From assembly GCF_009914755.1 (NCBI RefSeq), contig NC_060939.1: a stretch of DNA of 64,000 nt. One strand, 5' to 3'. Below are positions 1-11,979 of this stretch, piece after piece. Source of the DNA: the human T2T-CHM13v2.0 reference genome, Homo sapiens. Each line of letters begins with the position of its first letter. Position 1 is the stretch's first letter. Position numbers and translations under genes: made by a program. The notes below the pieces were generated by a model that searched no databases, had not been told where the DNA came from, and saw nothing but the letters and a program-made list of their open reading frames with translations.

Positions 1-197
1 GTGATTCTGTGGACTCAGTGTTAGTTTCTGCTGCTGGTAAATTGGGCACTTAGCAGATGCTGTAGCCAGGTCACCTTTGGTGAATGGAAGTCCATGTGAC
101 TGAGCCCATGCATAGCCTCCATTCCTGCCACCATGGCTACTTTGTTCATGAGCCCACTGGGCAATGGCTGTGATGGGTGGGGAAAGAGGCTGACTGC
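1..197 (-). mobile_element. ERV-L internal (pol/integrase zinc-finger) fragment, truncated by the window edge
   Basis: Minus strand reads QWAHEQSSHGGRNGGYAWAQSHGLPFTKGDLATASAKCPIYQQQK, a degenerate HHCC integrase N-terminus of the HERV-L/ERVL type. Confidence 0.75.
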
Positions 198-214
198 TTT
201 TGTTTTGTCTGTTT

Positions 215-1150
215 ATTTTATTAGTTATTGAGAGAGGTAAGTTAATATATCAACTATGATGTGGATTCATCTCTCTCTTTAGTTTCTGTAAACTTTTGTT
301 TCATATATTTAAAAATTATAATATTAGGTGCATACAAAGTTAAAGTTGTTATGACTTCCTTTTGAATTTCCCTACTTACCGCTACGAAATGTTACAATCT
401 ATCTCTCAGAATATCTTTAACTTTGAAGTCTATTTATATTTTAATTATTAATGTCACCATGACAGATTTCTTTTGATATGTGTTTGCATGTTTTTTCATC
501 TCTTTACTTCATCCTATCTATAAATGTATATTTGAAATATGTTCATTGCCAATAACATATAGCTTGGGCTTTTAAAAATAGCTGACTCACTTTGTATTTT
601 AATTGGTGTATTTAGTCCATTTATGTTTAATAATAATATATAACTGATCTGGTTTGTTTGTTTATCATTTTGCTATTTGTTTTCTATTTGTCCTGAAATT
701 TATTTTCTTTTTTCTCTGTTCCTGCCTTCCATTATATTAATCAGGTACTTAAAAAATATTCTGTTTTATCTTATCCATTAGGATTTTGTTATACTTATAA
801 CAAAATGTTATAGTATACTTTATCTTATAATGCACTTCTATCTTATCTATTAGTATGTTATTTTTTTGCTATAAAAGATTAGTATCAATCTTTTCATCAT
901 TACACTAGAAATTTCAGAATGCAATCTTACCTTATTATGGTCTGCCTTAAATTAGTATTTTAACACTTCCCCAATGGTCTGATAACCATGCAACAATTTA
1001 ACTCCATTTACCATCCCTTCCTTTTTTGCTTTTGTTGTCATGTATTTTATTCTACATAAATTATCAACTTCATGAAACATGTTTATAGCTTTTTTTAAAC
1101 AATAGATTTTACAATTTATACATGTATTTACTCTTTCCAGTGCTGTTCAC
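215..1150 (-). mobile_element. Ancient L1M LINE fragment (ORF2 5' region, antisense)
   Basis: T-rich, with typical antisense L1M motifs (ttattgagagagg, tttagtccatttatgtttaat); boundaries approximate. Confidence 0.55.
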
Positions 1151-1667
1151 TTCTTGAACGTCTATCTCTCTGTAAAGATGTAGATGCTTGAAACAGTGGG
1201 ATCCCTCCATGACAATAAGGAGAGAGATGTGGCCAGTATGTGGCACACCAAAAGATCCTGAGAAATTATGGACTTGCAGAACCAGCCCTGGGACTGCCAG
1301 CATCCAGGCTTGTCATTGAGTAAATCTGTCTACTCCTTTATGTTACCAGTCACTAAAATACCTAAGCTAATGCTCCAACACTACCATTCTCGCAGTTATA
1401 ACCAGTCTCAAAATATGGGTCATTTAGATTCTTCTATTTCTCTCTCTCCCCCCACCCATCACCAATTATTGATGCTAAGGGTTTTGCCTCTACCCTGCCT
1501 CCCACAGCAGTCCTTTATTTCCATAGTTACACCAGACTAGAGTCTGGACCCAAGTACCTCTTTTCTGACACTTTCAACAGCCTCCTTGCTCTTTTCAGAT
1601 TTCTCCATGAAATCCATTCTACATTCTAAGATGAATATCTCTTTAAATATGGCATTCATCTTCAAAC

Positions 1668-3614
1668 CAGCAGTTCTAACTTTTTGGTCTTAGGAACCTT
1701 TCACATTTCTAAACTTATTGAGAATGACACGAGCTTTTTTTGGTGAGTTATACCTTTTGATAGTTATCGTATCTACAAATTAAAACAGAAAAATGTTTGA
1801 AGTATACTTACTAAGTCATTTAAAAATACCGAGAGTAAACCCATTAAAGGTTAAAATAAATAACACTTGTTATGAAAAATAACTATAACACAAATAGTGA
1901 AGAGTGACATTACATTTTTCAAATTTCTGTAATGTCTAGCTTAGAAGACAAAAGAGTTCTCATATCTATTTGACTTGAGATATTCATGCTGCTGAAATAT
2001 TTTGTTTTAGTTGAAGTTGATGACTAAAATCCAGTTGCATATAGTATTTGAGGGAAGGGAGTATTTTAATACATTTTTATGGTAATTATAGATATGCTAC
2101 TTTGATACTACCCTCGAACTCAACAATTGGTAGCTTCTTAAAAGTTTTGCAATGTAGATTCTGAAACCATTTCAATAAATTTGTTAACTGTACATTAAAA
2201 TTAATTGGTCTAGTTTGTACTTTGGATGGATCTTTTCCTCATGCCTGATTGTGTAAAATTATGTACCAGACACTTGGAAAATATTAGTTTACTGAATAAC
2301 GCAACTCTTTCAAATATTTCCACGTTTCATTATATATTAAAAATTGCATTTATTGATAGTACCACCAATCTTATAAAAAATTTAAGCATTGGGAAGTCAT
2401 CAAGCTCATGGTAGCAGATACAAGTTTTCCAAAATTTTAATTTTCATTTGAAAACTTAAATGTAATCATTAGCAACAAATACTAATTCCTGTCAGCTGTT
2501 TCCCTTAAAGTAACAGGCTTACCTTATTCATTTTCAGGACAAGCCTGCTGTAGGGGAGGGAAAATTTTCCCATTACCCTTCCTCTGAGGATTTGATAATT
2601 GAGTTTATGAAATCAACAGACATCAGGCAGATTAGCAGGAGAAAAAGTATACAAATGTATTATGTGCGTGGGAACATCAAAGGAAAGAAAAGTGAATACC
2701 CTCAAACCCAGTGAGATCTAGAAACTTACATACCCTCCTCTTAGGAGAGAGGGTAGGAGAGATGTAGGCAACTTAGGGGACAGTAAATTACTTTTGTAAA
2801 AGATGGGGTTAGAAGAGGAGATAACAGCCTGTGACAAAGCCTGTGTGTGGCATCAACTTCTACTCTCCTCTCCTGTGATAGGAGTCAATCTTCTTCAGTC
2901 GATGAGATTCCTTGGGGATGAGATAGATGGCAGTTCAATTCCTTTTGGAGGATCTGTCTCTAGGCAGATAGGGGAGTTCAGAGACAGCCCCTCCCTGCAT
3001 TTGCCGTTTCCCTGGTGCCCTCAGTTTGAAGTAATCAGCACACCAAAGTGACATATTTTGGGGTGGCATTTCCCAAACTCCTTCAACTCCCAAATACGCA
3101 AACCTAAATAATCACCATTTGTCAGTTGTTCTTTCAAGTAAAAATTGTGTTTCATGAAAAAAGCAGGTGGCTTAGCTCACAACTCAAATAATTGCACAAG
3201 TCCTTTCCTTCAAGGTAACCATCCTACTTTATTATGTAGCTGCAGTACGTGATGTGTACTTCCCATCTTATCACACGGAATGTTATAAAGTTGTGTACTC
3301 AAGAGTGGAGATTTAAAAATTTAAACGTGTTTTTTTTTTTTTTTTCTGATTCACTAGGACTTTCTTTAGTGAAACTGGCTTTTTTAGTTTTCCGGCAAGT
3401 ATTTGTACCTTGACTACTAATACAGTTTGGCCTCACTTTGATTTGTGCTAAGTCACTGCAGTTTCACCCAGCATTGTGTTTACACCATCATTGTCAGGGT
3501 TAACACAATGGAAAGTCCAAATAACGTCCAGAAAAATAGTTTTGGCTTCGCAGACACTTTGAAAGGGTCTTGGGGACCCCCAAGAGTTGACAGACTATAC
3601 CTTGGGAGCCATTG
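1668..3614 (+). mobile_element. Charlie1a-like hAT DNA transposon, interrupted by a MER34-type LTR
   Basis: Begins cagcagttctaactttttggtcttaggaacc and ends cttgggagccattg, resembling Charlie1 termini; ~1.4 kb after subtracting the nested LTR. Confidence 0.75.
2549..3085 (-). mobile_element. MER34-family ERV1 solo LTR nested in Charlie1
   Basis: TG...CA ends; reverse complement begins tgaaggagtttgggaaatgccaccccaaaatatgtcactttgg, the characteristic MER34 5' motif. Confidence 0.75.
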
Positions 3615-4207
3615 AGCTAGGTCATTTCAGGTCTCTCCAAGACCTAAAGAACAAATAACTCATTTTGTAAATCCAAAGTCTTTAAGTGAGGCCACAAACA
3701 GGTAACCTGAAGATCAAATCTAGCCTGTAGACATGTTTTATTAATATTTGACTAACTTAGGGTTCTTTAAAAATTTGAATTTGAAAGCCCTTAGGGCAGT
3801 GTTTGTTGATAAGCACCACTCCTCATCATCTCTCCCCAATCTAGCTACATTCATGTGAATTGCTCATCTAATCACTAAAAGCAAAGCCTTATCCCAACCT
3901 TTGCTTCCAACATCTCCTATTACTCCTTCAAACACACCCTTCTCCTGAGGCTCACTGCTCCTGTTACTTGGAATGCACCCTTTACTTAACCACATATCTA
4001 AGTTTTTTTTCATTCTGCAAAATTAAACTTGTCACCCATCTCCCCTAGAAAACTTTCACTGGAAACTCTGATCCAGGTGACAGCATCCCTTCAAGTCCTG
4101 ACTAAAGACTGGGCAATGTCACTCCTTGGTTGGAAAGTCACATGCTACCTCTGACTTCTTGTGAATTGTTACCTTTTCTCCTTATTTAGAGTTTCATAGT
4201 ATATGTT

Positions 4208-4630
4208 TGCTATGGCTTGGATGTCTCCTCCAAAACTCTTGTTGAAATGTAGTTGTCAATGTAATGGTGTTGGGAGAGAGGGCTTTTAGGAGGTGATTAG
4301 GTCATGAAGACTCTGTCCTCATGAATGGATTAATGCCATTATTGCAGGAGTGGGTTACTTACTGTGGGAGTGGATTCCTGATAAAAGGATAAGTTTTGGC
4401 CTCCATTTTCTTGCTGTCTCCCATGCTGTCTTTCTCTTCTGCCTTTCCTCTTCTGCCCTCTGCCCTCTGCCCTTCCACCATGGGGTAATGTAGCACAGAA
4501 CCCCACCAGATGCTGCTGCCATGCCCTTGGTGTTCCCAGCCTCTAGAACCTGGAGCCAATAAACTTCTATTCTTTGTAAATTACCCAGTCTCTGGTATTC
4601 CATTATAGCAACAGAAAACTGAATGAGACA
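4208..4630 (+). mobile_element. MST-family MaLR solo LTR
   Basis: tgctatggcttggatg...AATAAA...aaattacccagtctctggtatt...gagaca; perfect 5-bp TSD ATGTT at 4203-4207 and 4631-4635. Confidence 0.9.
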
Positions 4631-4861
4631 ATGTTTTTTGTTGCCTTGGAAACAAAAAGTTGGAAACTACTTAAGGAAAGAAAACAATTTTATACCTTTG
4701 GAGAACTTATAATGTTCTGCCTAAGGCAAGCATCTAACACACACTTCTTCAAATAATGAGTGGATACTTCTAAAGCAGTATAAACAGAAAGCTGATGCAG
4801 ATTCAGCTAAAATTTATTGTCTTGTTCTTACAGACCAGGTACTGTGTGCTGTGTAAGGTGC

Positions 4862-5225
4862 TGTATTAGGGTTCTCCATACAGATGTGCACACACACACA
4901 CACACACACAGATACATATATGGCAACACACACACCACAGTACTGTGGAGACTGGCATGTCCTAAATCCACAGGGTAGGCCTGCAGGCTGCAAATTCAGG
5001 CAAAATTCCTTCTTCTTTGAGGAATCAGATTTTGCTCTTATGGCCTTCAACTGATTAGATGAGGCTCACCACACCATGGACATTTATGAGCTTTACTAAA
5101 AGTCCAGTGATTATAAATGTTAATCACATTTTAAAGAGTCTTCACAGCAACATCTAGACTACTGTTTGACTACACAACTAGGCACCATAGCCTGGCCAGA
5201 TTGACACGTAAGATCAACCATCGCA
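4862..5225 (-). mobile_element. MLT2 (ERV-L) LTR with internal (CA)n
   Basis: Starts tgtattagggttctcca and ends ttgacacgtaagatcaaccatcgca, the reverse complement of MLT2 termini. Confidence 0.8.
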
Positions 5226-5885
5226 GGAACTTGCACACTTACAGCATTTGTTACTGCTTTCATCTGGAAAGCCTTATATTAAAGAGTGTTGAGGATTAGT
5301 TTGTCTCTCATATTTTCACTTACAGTCCCCTGCAGTTTTCTTTATTTAGTTCTCCTGATAACTTCACGTGAGTCTCAGTCTACAGGTTAAAGAGCAAAGG
5401 TTGAGAGGTGAGCAGAGCCCGATACTGTACAACCAGTGTTCATAAAACCTAAATTATTGGCAGAAACCACACAGTTGGATTCTAGGAAATTTCCTAAATG
5501 GCAATGACTAGTGGTTTCTAAGCTCTTAGACTTCAAGCATTTTTGATCATGATGAAAAACGAGAAATACATCACTATATCCTGAGTTTTAAAACAAAAAT
5601 CACAGAACTATTGTGACTAAGGAAGGGAACTTTCTTTCATTGGTTCATTCTTCCAGTAAACATTTATTTAGCAGTATAGGGTCATGAAAAAGAGGGTGAG
5701 CTTTTGACAAATGCCTTGTATCCAGTTCTTGCTGAATCACTGGCAGTATAATATTGAACAAATTATTTAACCTCTCTGAGTCTACATTTACTCAAGAGCC
5801 TAGTAGGAAATTAGGACATGTAAAAATAACAACAGCACAGGGCTTACACTTCTGGGAAGACAGAATGGACCTACTTTTCCATATT

Positions 5886-6251
<366 letters not shown>

Positions 6252-6673
6252 TAGAATGAACATAAGAAGCTGAGAGGTGGGGAGAAGGTAGAATAGCTAG
6301 GGAATCTGGGATCCGAGGAATGCCACAACAGAGAGTTACCTGGATTTTCTTTTTACCTCATGTATCCTGAATTGAATGCTGAAGAAACCAGTAACTGAAA
6401 ACACCTGTAGGTGCAGACAAAGAGCAACAAACAAAACAATCAAGAAAGCCTGCTTTCCTTCACCAAACGACAAGGAAAGGGGTGGCCAAGCAAAGGAGAA
6501 AACTTTAAGATACTAATTACTTAAGCCAGACACCAGAGCAAAAACAGTGGACTCATCCCACCCTCGCAGGCCATGTTGGGAGCCTAGAATTCCACCCTTC
6601 TGAGGCTGGATGAGACTCCAGGTCCCCACTGTAGTGGTGTCAGAAAGAGCAGGTAAGAAATGGAGATGTTTGT

Positions 6674-7085
6674 CTCTTCCTTTCTCTGACACCACGGTGT
6701 GTGCTTGACTCCTCTTCTTGCCATGTTTTCTCACAAGACTTTCAGGATTAAGCGATTCCTGGTCAAGAAACAAAAGTGAAATTGTCCCATTCCCCATTGG
6801 ATTGGGATGAAAACTGGTGATAAAATCAGTACAACTCCAAACGGAGACATTGGAAAAGAACCAAGCTGGATCTCTAAGGAATTGCACATGAGATGGCACA
6901 CATATTTATGCTGTCTGAAGGTCACAAACATGTTATCATATCAAGCTGAAAATGACACCACTGTCTGGAGAGTTGGGCATATTTTATTGGGAATATATTT
7001 TTTCTCTCTGAATCTGTTATGAACGAGCTGGTTTGCTGGGTTCGGTAATAAATATGTGAGACCTTTCGTTTTTTTTTTTTAAAAA
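6674..7085 (+). pseudogene. RPL39: Processed pseudogene of 60S ribosomal protein L39 (RPL39)
   Basis: 5'TOP ctcttcctttct at 6674; ATG 6723 gives [49 protein letters not shown]; premature TGA 6777-6779; 1-nt deletion near 6829; final TAA 6875-6877; intronless; 3'UTR with AATAAA 7047-7052; imperfect TSD aagaaatggagatgtt / aagaaatatgggaatgtt. Confidence 0.95.
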
Positions 7086-8338
7086 GAAATATGGGAATGT
7101 TCATTTATGCTAGGTAGTAATGAGATCTAGCAAGATTGACAAAAGAAAATAGAGAAGATACAAACTACTGATGTCAGGAATGAAAGAGAATACCACTCCA
7201 GACCTTGCAGGCTTTCAAAGGATTGTGATAAAATACTACAAACAACTTTAGACACATCAACTTAGATGAAATGGACCAATTACCTAAAAATCACAAACTA
7301 CCACAATGTGCTCAATATGAAATGGAAAATGTGAATAGCTCTATAAGAATATTGAGTTCACAATTTTAAAACTCTCAAAAAAGAAATCTCCAAGCCCAAG
7401 TAGTTTCACTGGAGAGCTCTGTCAAACATGTAAAGCAAAATCAATACCAATTTGACACAATTTCTTTAAGAAAATAGATGAGGTGGAAAAAATTCCCAAC
7501 TCAATCTATGAAGCCAGTATTACTCTGATACCAAAACCAGACAAGACAGTATAAAAAGAAAACTACAGACCAATCTCTCTCAGAAATATAGATGCAAAAC
7601 TTAAAATATTAGCTAATATAAATCAGTAATATATAAAAAGTATATATGCCACGACCTAATAGGGTTTATTCCAGGGATGCAACACTAGTTCATTATTCAA
7701 AAATCAATCAGTGTAATTCACTATACTAACAGGCTAAAGAAGAAAAAAAATCACATGGTTATATAATTGTTGCATTAAAAATATTTGAAAAAAATTCAAC
7801 ATCCATTCATGATATAAATTCTCAGAAAATAGGAATAAAGAGGAACTTTATTGATATTTTATACAGAACATCTACAAAAACCCTACAGCTAACTTTATAC
7901 TGAATAGTTAAACAGTGAAAGTCTGAATGCTCTCACCTCGGATTGAGAAGGGGGCAAGGATGTCTACTCTCACCACCATTATTCAACATAATACTGGAAA
8001 TTCTACTCAGTGCAATAAGACAAGCAAGGAAAAAATAAAACTGTCCTGATTTTCAGAAGACGTAATTGTCTACGTTAAAAAAAAAAACACCCAGGAATCT
8101 GCAAAGCAAAAACAAAAGTCCCCCGAAAACTAACGAGTGAGTTTAGCAGGGCCTCAAGATACAGGATCAGCATACAAAAGTAAATTATATTTTGATATAG
8201 TAGTGCAAACATGTTGAAACCAAAATTTAAAATAGAATTTATAATCACTTTTACAAAATAAAATACATGAGATTTCCAGTTTCAGCTCCAACATACAATT
8301 TAGAAGTCTTCACACTTTCCTTATAACAAGGAAATGTT

Positions 8339-8691
8339 GGCCGGGCGCAGTGGCTCACGCCTGTAATCTCAGCACTTTGGGAGGCCGAGATGGGCGGATC
8401 ACCTGAGGCTGGGAGTTCGAGACCAGCCTAACCAACATCGAGAAACGCCATCTCTACTAAAAATACAAAATTAGCTGGGCAAGGTGGCACATGCCTGTAA
8501 TTCCAGCTACTCGTGAGACTGAGGCAGGAGAATCGCTTGAACCCGGGAGGTGGAGCTTTCGTGAGCTGAGATCGCGCCATTGCACTCCAGCCTGGGCAAC
8601 AAGAGTGAAACTCCATCTCAAAAACAAAACAAAACAAAACCAAAACCAACCAAACAAACAAGAAACAAACAAACAAAAAACCAGAAAAAAA
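8339..8691 (+). mobile_element. AluSp-like element with expanded (CAAA)n tail
   Basis: Diagnostic ccaacatcgagaaac and ggcaacaagagtgaaactcc; TSD aacaaggaaa(t/a)gtt. Confidence 0.93.
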
Positions 8692-9538
8692 AACAAGGAA
8701 AAGTTGAAGAAATGGAAAATCAGTGAGTTATCCTGGATCCATTAGAGTGCTGAGGTCATGGAGTGAACAGCACCGTGAAATCTGGAGAGAGACATGCCCA
8801 CAGGGAGCCTCGGCTGAGACCTGCTTCCCTGGAGAAGCAGCTGCTGCAGCCCTAAGCCCACAGGAACACTTGAATGGGAATTTGAACTGCTGGAGGCTCA
8901 GCGTGGACTAGTGTAACAGCAAGAAACTCCAGGGGACGCAGTCTTGGGGTACCCCACACTTCATACGTTTTTACCCCAAGGAACTGCACCAGTTTCTCAA
9001 GGGGAAGAGCCAAGAAAAATCTCCTCATGTTTCTGACAGGAGGAAGGAGAAAATAACCATTTTGGAGTATGTCCAGGGCACTCATCATAACAGATACCTA
9101 TTCTCTGTGAGAAAAATACTTACCAGAGCCTTATCCCATCTACAGGAAAAGGCAGCTGATGAAGCCCAGCTTTCCTATCTCACCAAAGGGAGGAGAAAAG
9201 GAAAGAAGCAACTGTGAAAGTCACAGGCCAGGGAGAACAGAACCAGTAAAAGACAAATTTAATCATAATATTATAGAAAGCTTACTCCCCAACACCTTCC
9301 CACCGCATCAACGGGACTTCCATATAATAACAGGCGACTACAGCTAATAGAGCCACAAGGTACAGGCTCTACCTAAGGAATTCTCAGAGAAGCCCGAAGA
9401 CAAAGGAAACAGTAACAAGAAATGTGAAGCCTCTGGCACCTACAGCTACAGTGAACATCAAACACAGCCCAGCTCCTAGCCAGGTTAATATAAGACCTCA
9501 AATTTAAGGCCTATTTACCTCAGTTACTATTTCCCGTA

Positions 9539-9883
9539 CAGATTGAGTATCCCATATACAAAATGAGACCAAACTCTTCCGGATTTCATTTTTTTTTTTT
9601 GACTTTGGAATATTTGCGTGTACAGAATGAGATATCTTGGGGACGGGACCCAAGTCTAAACACTAAACTCATCATGTTCCATACACCTTTAGCCATGTAA
9701 CTTAACGTAATTTTAGACAACACTTATATATAATTTTGTGCATGAAATAAAGTTCTGACTGCAACCCATCATGTGAGGTCAGGTGTGGAACTTTTCAGTA
9801 GTGGTGTCGCATCAATGCTCAGAAAGTTTCAAATTTGGGAGCATTTTGGATTTCAAATTTTTGGATTAGGGATACTCAACCTG
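9539..9883 (+). mobile_element. Tigger4/MER46-type non-autonomous Tc1/mariner element
   Basis: TIRs cagattgagtatccc ... gggatactcaacctg, with TA on both sides (9537-9538 and 9884-9885). Confidence 0.85.
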
Positions 9884-10068
9884 TACATCATGTCTGTCTT
9901 TCACCAAAAAATTGCAAGGCACACCAGCAGCCAGAAAAATGGTCTGGAGAGACAAAACAAGACGAAAGTATGACATAGATGTTGGAATTATCAGGTGGGA
10001 AATTTCAAATGACTATGATTAATATTTTAAGGAGAAAAGTAGAACTATATACAAGAACAGATGGGTAA

Positions 10069-11979
10069 TTTTTTAAAAGGTGTCTCACTTTATTCAAATA
10101 TAGTACTCAAAAGGACTTTCAAAATCAACTATCTTTTTAATATTTGAGACATGCCTATTTCCAGGTAAAAACTTGAATTATCACCCCATATATTTGAATT
10201 TTTTTAACTTTTGTTTTAGGTTCAGGGTTACATGTAAAGGTTTCTTATATAGGTAAACTTATGTCATGGGAGATTATTGTACAGATTATTTCATCACCTA
10301 GGTACTAAGCCTAGTACTCAATACTTATTTTTTCTGATTTTCTCCCTCCTCCCTCCCTCCACTCTCAACTAGGCCCCTGTGTCTGTTGCTGTCCTCTTTG
10401 TATCCATGAGTTCTCATAATTTAGCTCCCACTTATAAGTGAGAACATGTGGTATTTGGTTTGCAGTTCCTGTGTTAGTTTACTAAGGATAATTGCCTCCA
10501 GCTCCATCCATGTCCCTGAAAAGGACATGATCCCATTCTTTTTTACGGCTGTATAGTATTCCATGGTGTACATGTACCACATTTTCTTTATCCAGTTTAC
10601 CATTGATGGGCATTTAGGTTGATTCTATGTCTTTGCTATTGTGAATAGCGCTGTAATGAACATACACGTGCATGTGTTTTTATAATAGAATGATTTATAT
10701 TCCTTTGGGTACATACCTGCTAGTGGGACTGCTGGGTTGAATGGTATGTCTGTCTTTAGGTCTTTGAGGAATCGCCACTTTCTACTATGGTTGAACTAAT
10801 TTACACTCCCACCAACAATGTTCCCTTTTCTCCACAACCTTGCCAGCATCTGTTCTTTTTTGCCTCTTTAATAATAGCCTTTCTGACTAGTGTGAGATGG
10901 TATCTCACTGTGGTTTTGATTTGAATTTCTCGAATGATTAGTGATATTGAGCATTTTTCACATGCCTCTTGGCTGCGTGTATGTCTTCTTTTGAAAAGTG
11001 TCTGTTCATGTCCTTTGCCCACTTTTTAATGTGGCTGTTTGACTTTTTTTGTAAACTTGGTCAAGTTCCTTACAGATGCTGTATATTAGACCTTTGTCAG
11101 ATGTATAGTTTGCAAAAATTTTCTCCCATTCTTCAGGTTGTCTGCTTACTCTGTTGATTTTACATTTAAGTCTTTAATCCATCTTGATCTAATTTTTATA
11201 TATGGTGTAAGGAAGGGGTCCAGTTTCAATCTTCTGCATGTGGCTAGCCGGTAATCCCAGCCCCATTTATTGAATAAGGAGTCCTTTTCCTATTGCTTTT
11301 TTTTGTCAGCTTTGTCGAAGATCAGATGGTTGTAGATGTGCAGTCTTATTTCTGGGCTCTCTATTCTCTTCCATTAGTCTATGTGTTTGTTCTTGTACCA
11401 GCACCATGCTGCTTCGGTTACTATAACCCTGTAGTATAGTTTGAAGCCAGGTAATGTGATGCCTTCAGCTTTGTTCTTTTCGCTTAGGATTGTCTTGGCT
11501 TTTGGGGCTCTTTTTTTGTTCCATATGAATTTTAAAATAGTTTTTTCTAGTTCTGTGAAGAATGTTATTGGTAGTTTGATAGGTATAGCAATCAATCTGT
11601 AAATTGCTTTGGGCAGTATGGCCATTTTAATGATACTGATTCTTTCTATTCATGAGCATGGAATGTTTTTCCATTTGTTTGTGTCATCTGTGGTTTCTCT
11701 GAGCAGTGTTTTCTAATTCAAATTGTAGAGATCTTTTACCTCCCTGGTTAGCTGTATTCCTAGGTATTTTGTTCTTTTTGTGGCAATTGTGAATGAGATT
11801 GCATTCCTGATTTGGTTCTTGGCTTGCCTGTTGTTGGTGTATAGGAATGCTAGTGATTTTTGTACATTGATTTTTTATCCTGAAACTTTCCTGAAGTTAT
11901 CAGTTTAAGGGGCATTCAGGCTGAGACTACTGGGTTTTCTAGATATAGAATCATGCAGTCTGCAGAGATAGTTTGACTT
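10069..11979 (-). mobile_element. 5'-truncated older L1PA (PA13-16-like) with probable 3' transduction
   Basis: ORF2 C-terminal peptides (ORFs 10421, 10801, 11374); L1 3' end at ~10199; 14-bp TSD cagatgggtaattt at 10058-10071 and 11980-11993. Confidence 0.9.

Noticed and set aside
6513-7022. ORFs 6513-6899 (-) and 6807-7022 (+) as genes
   Set aside because: Antisense and frameshifted read-through of the RPL39 pseudogene.
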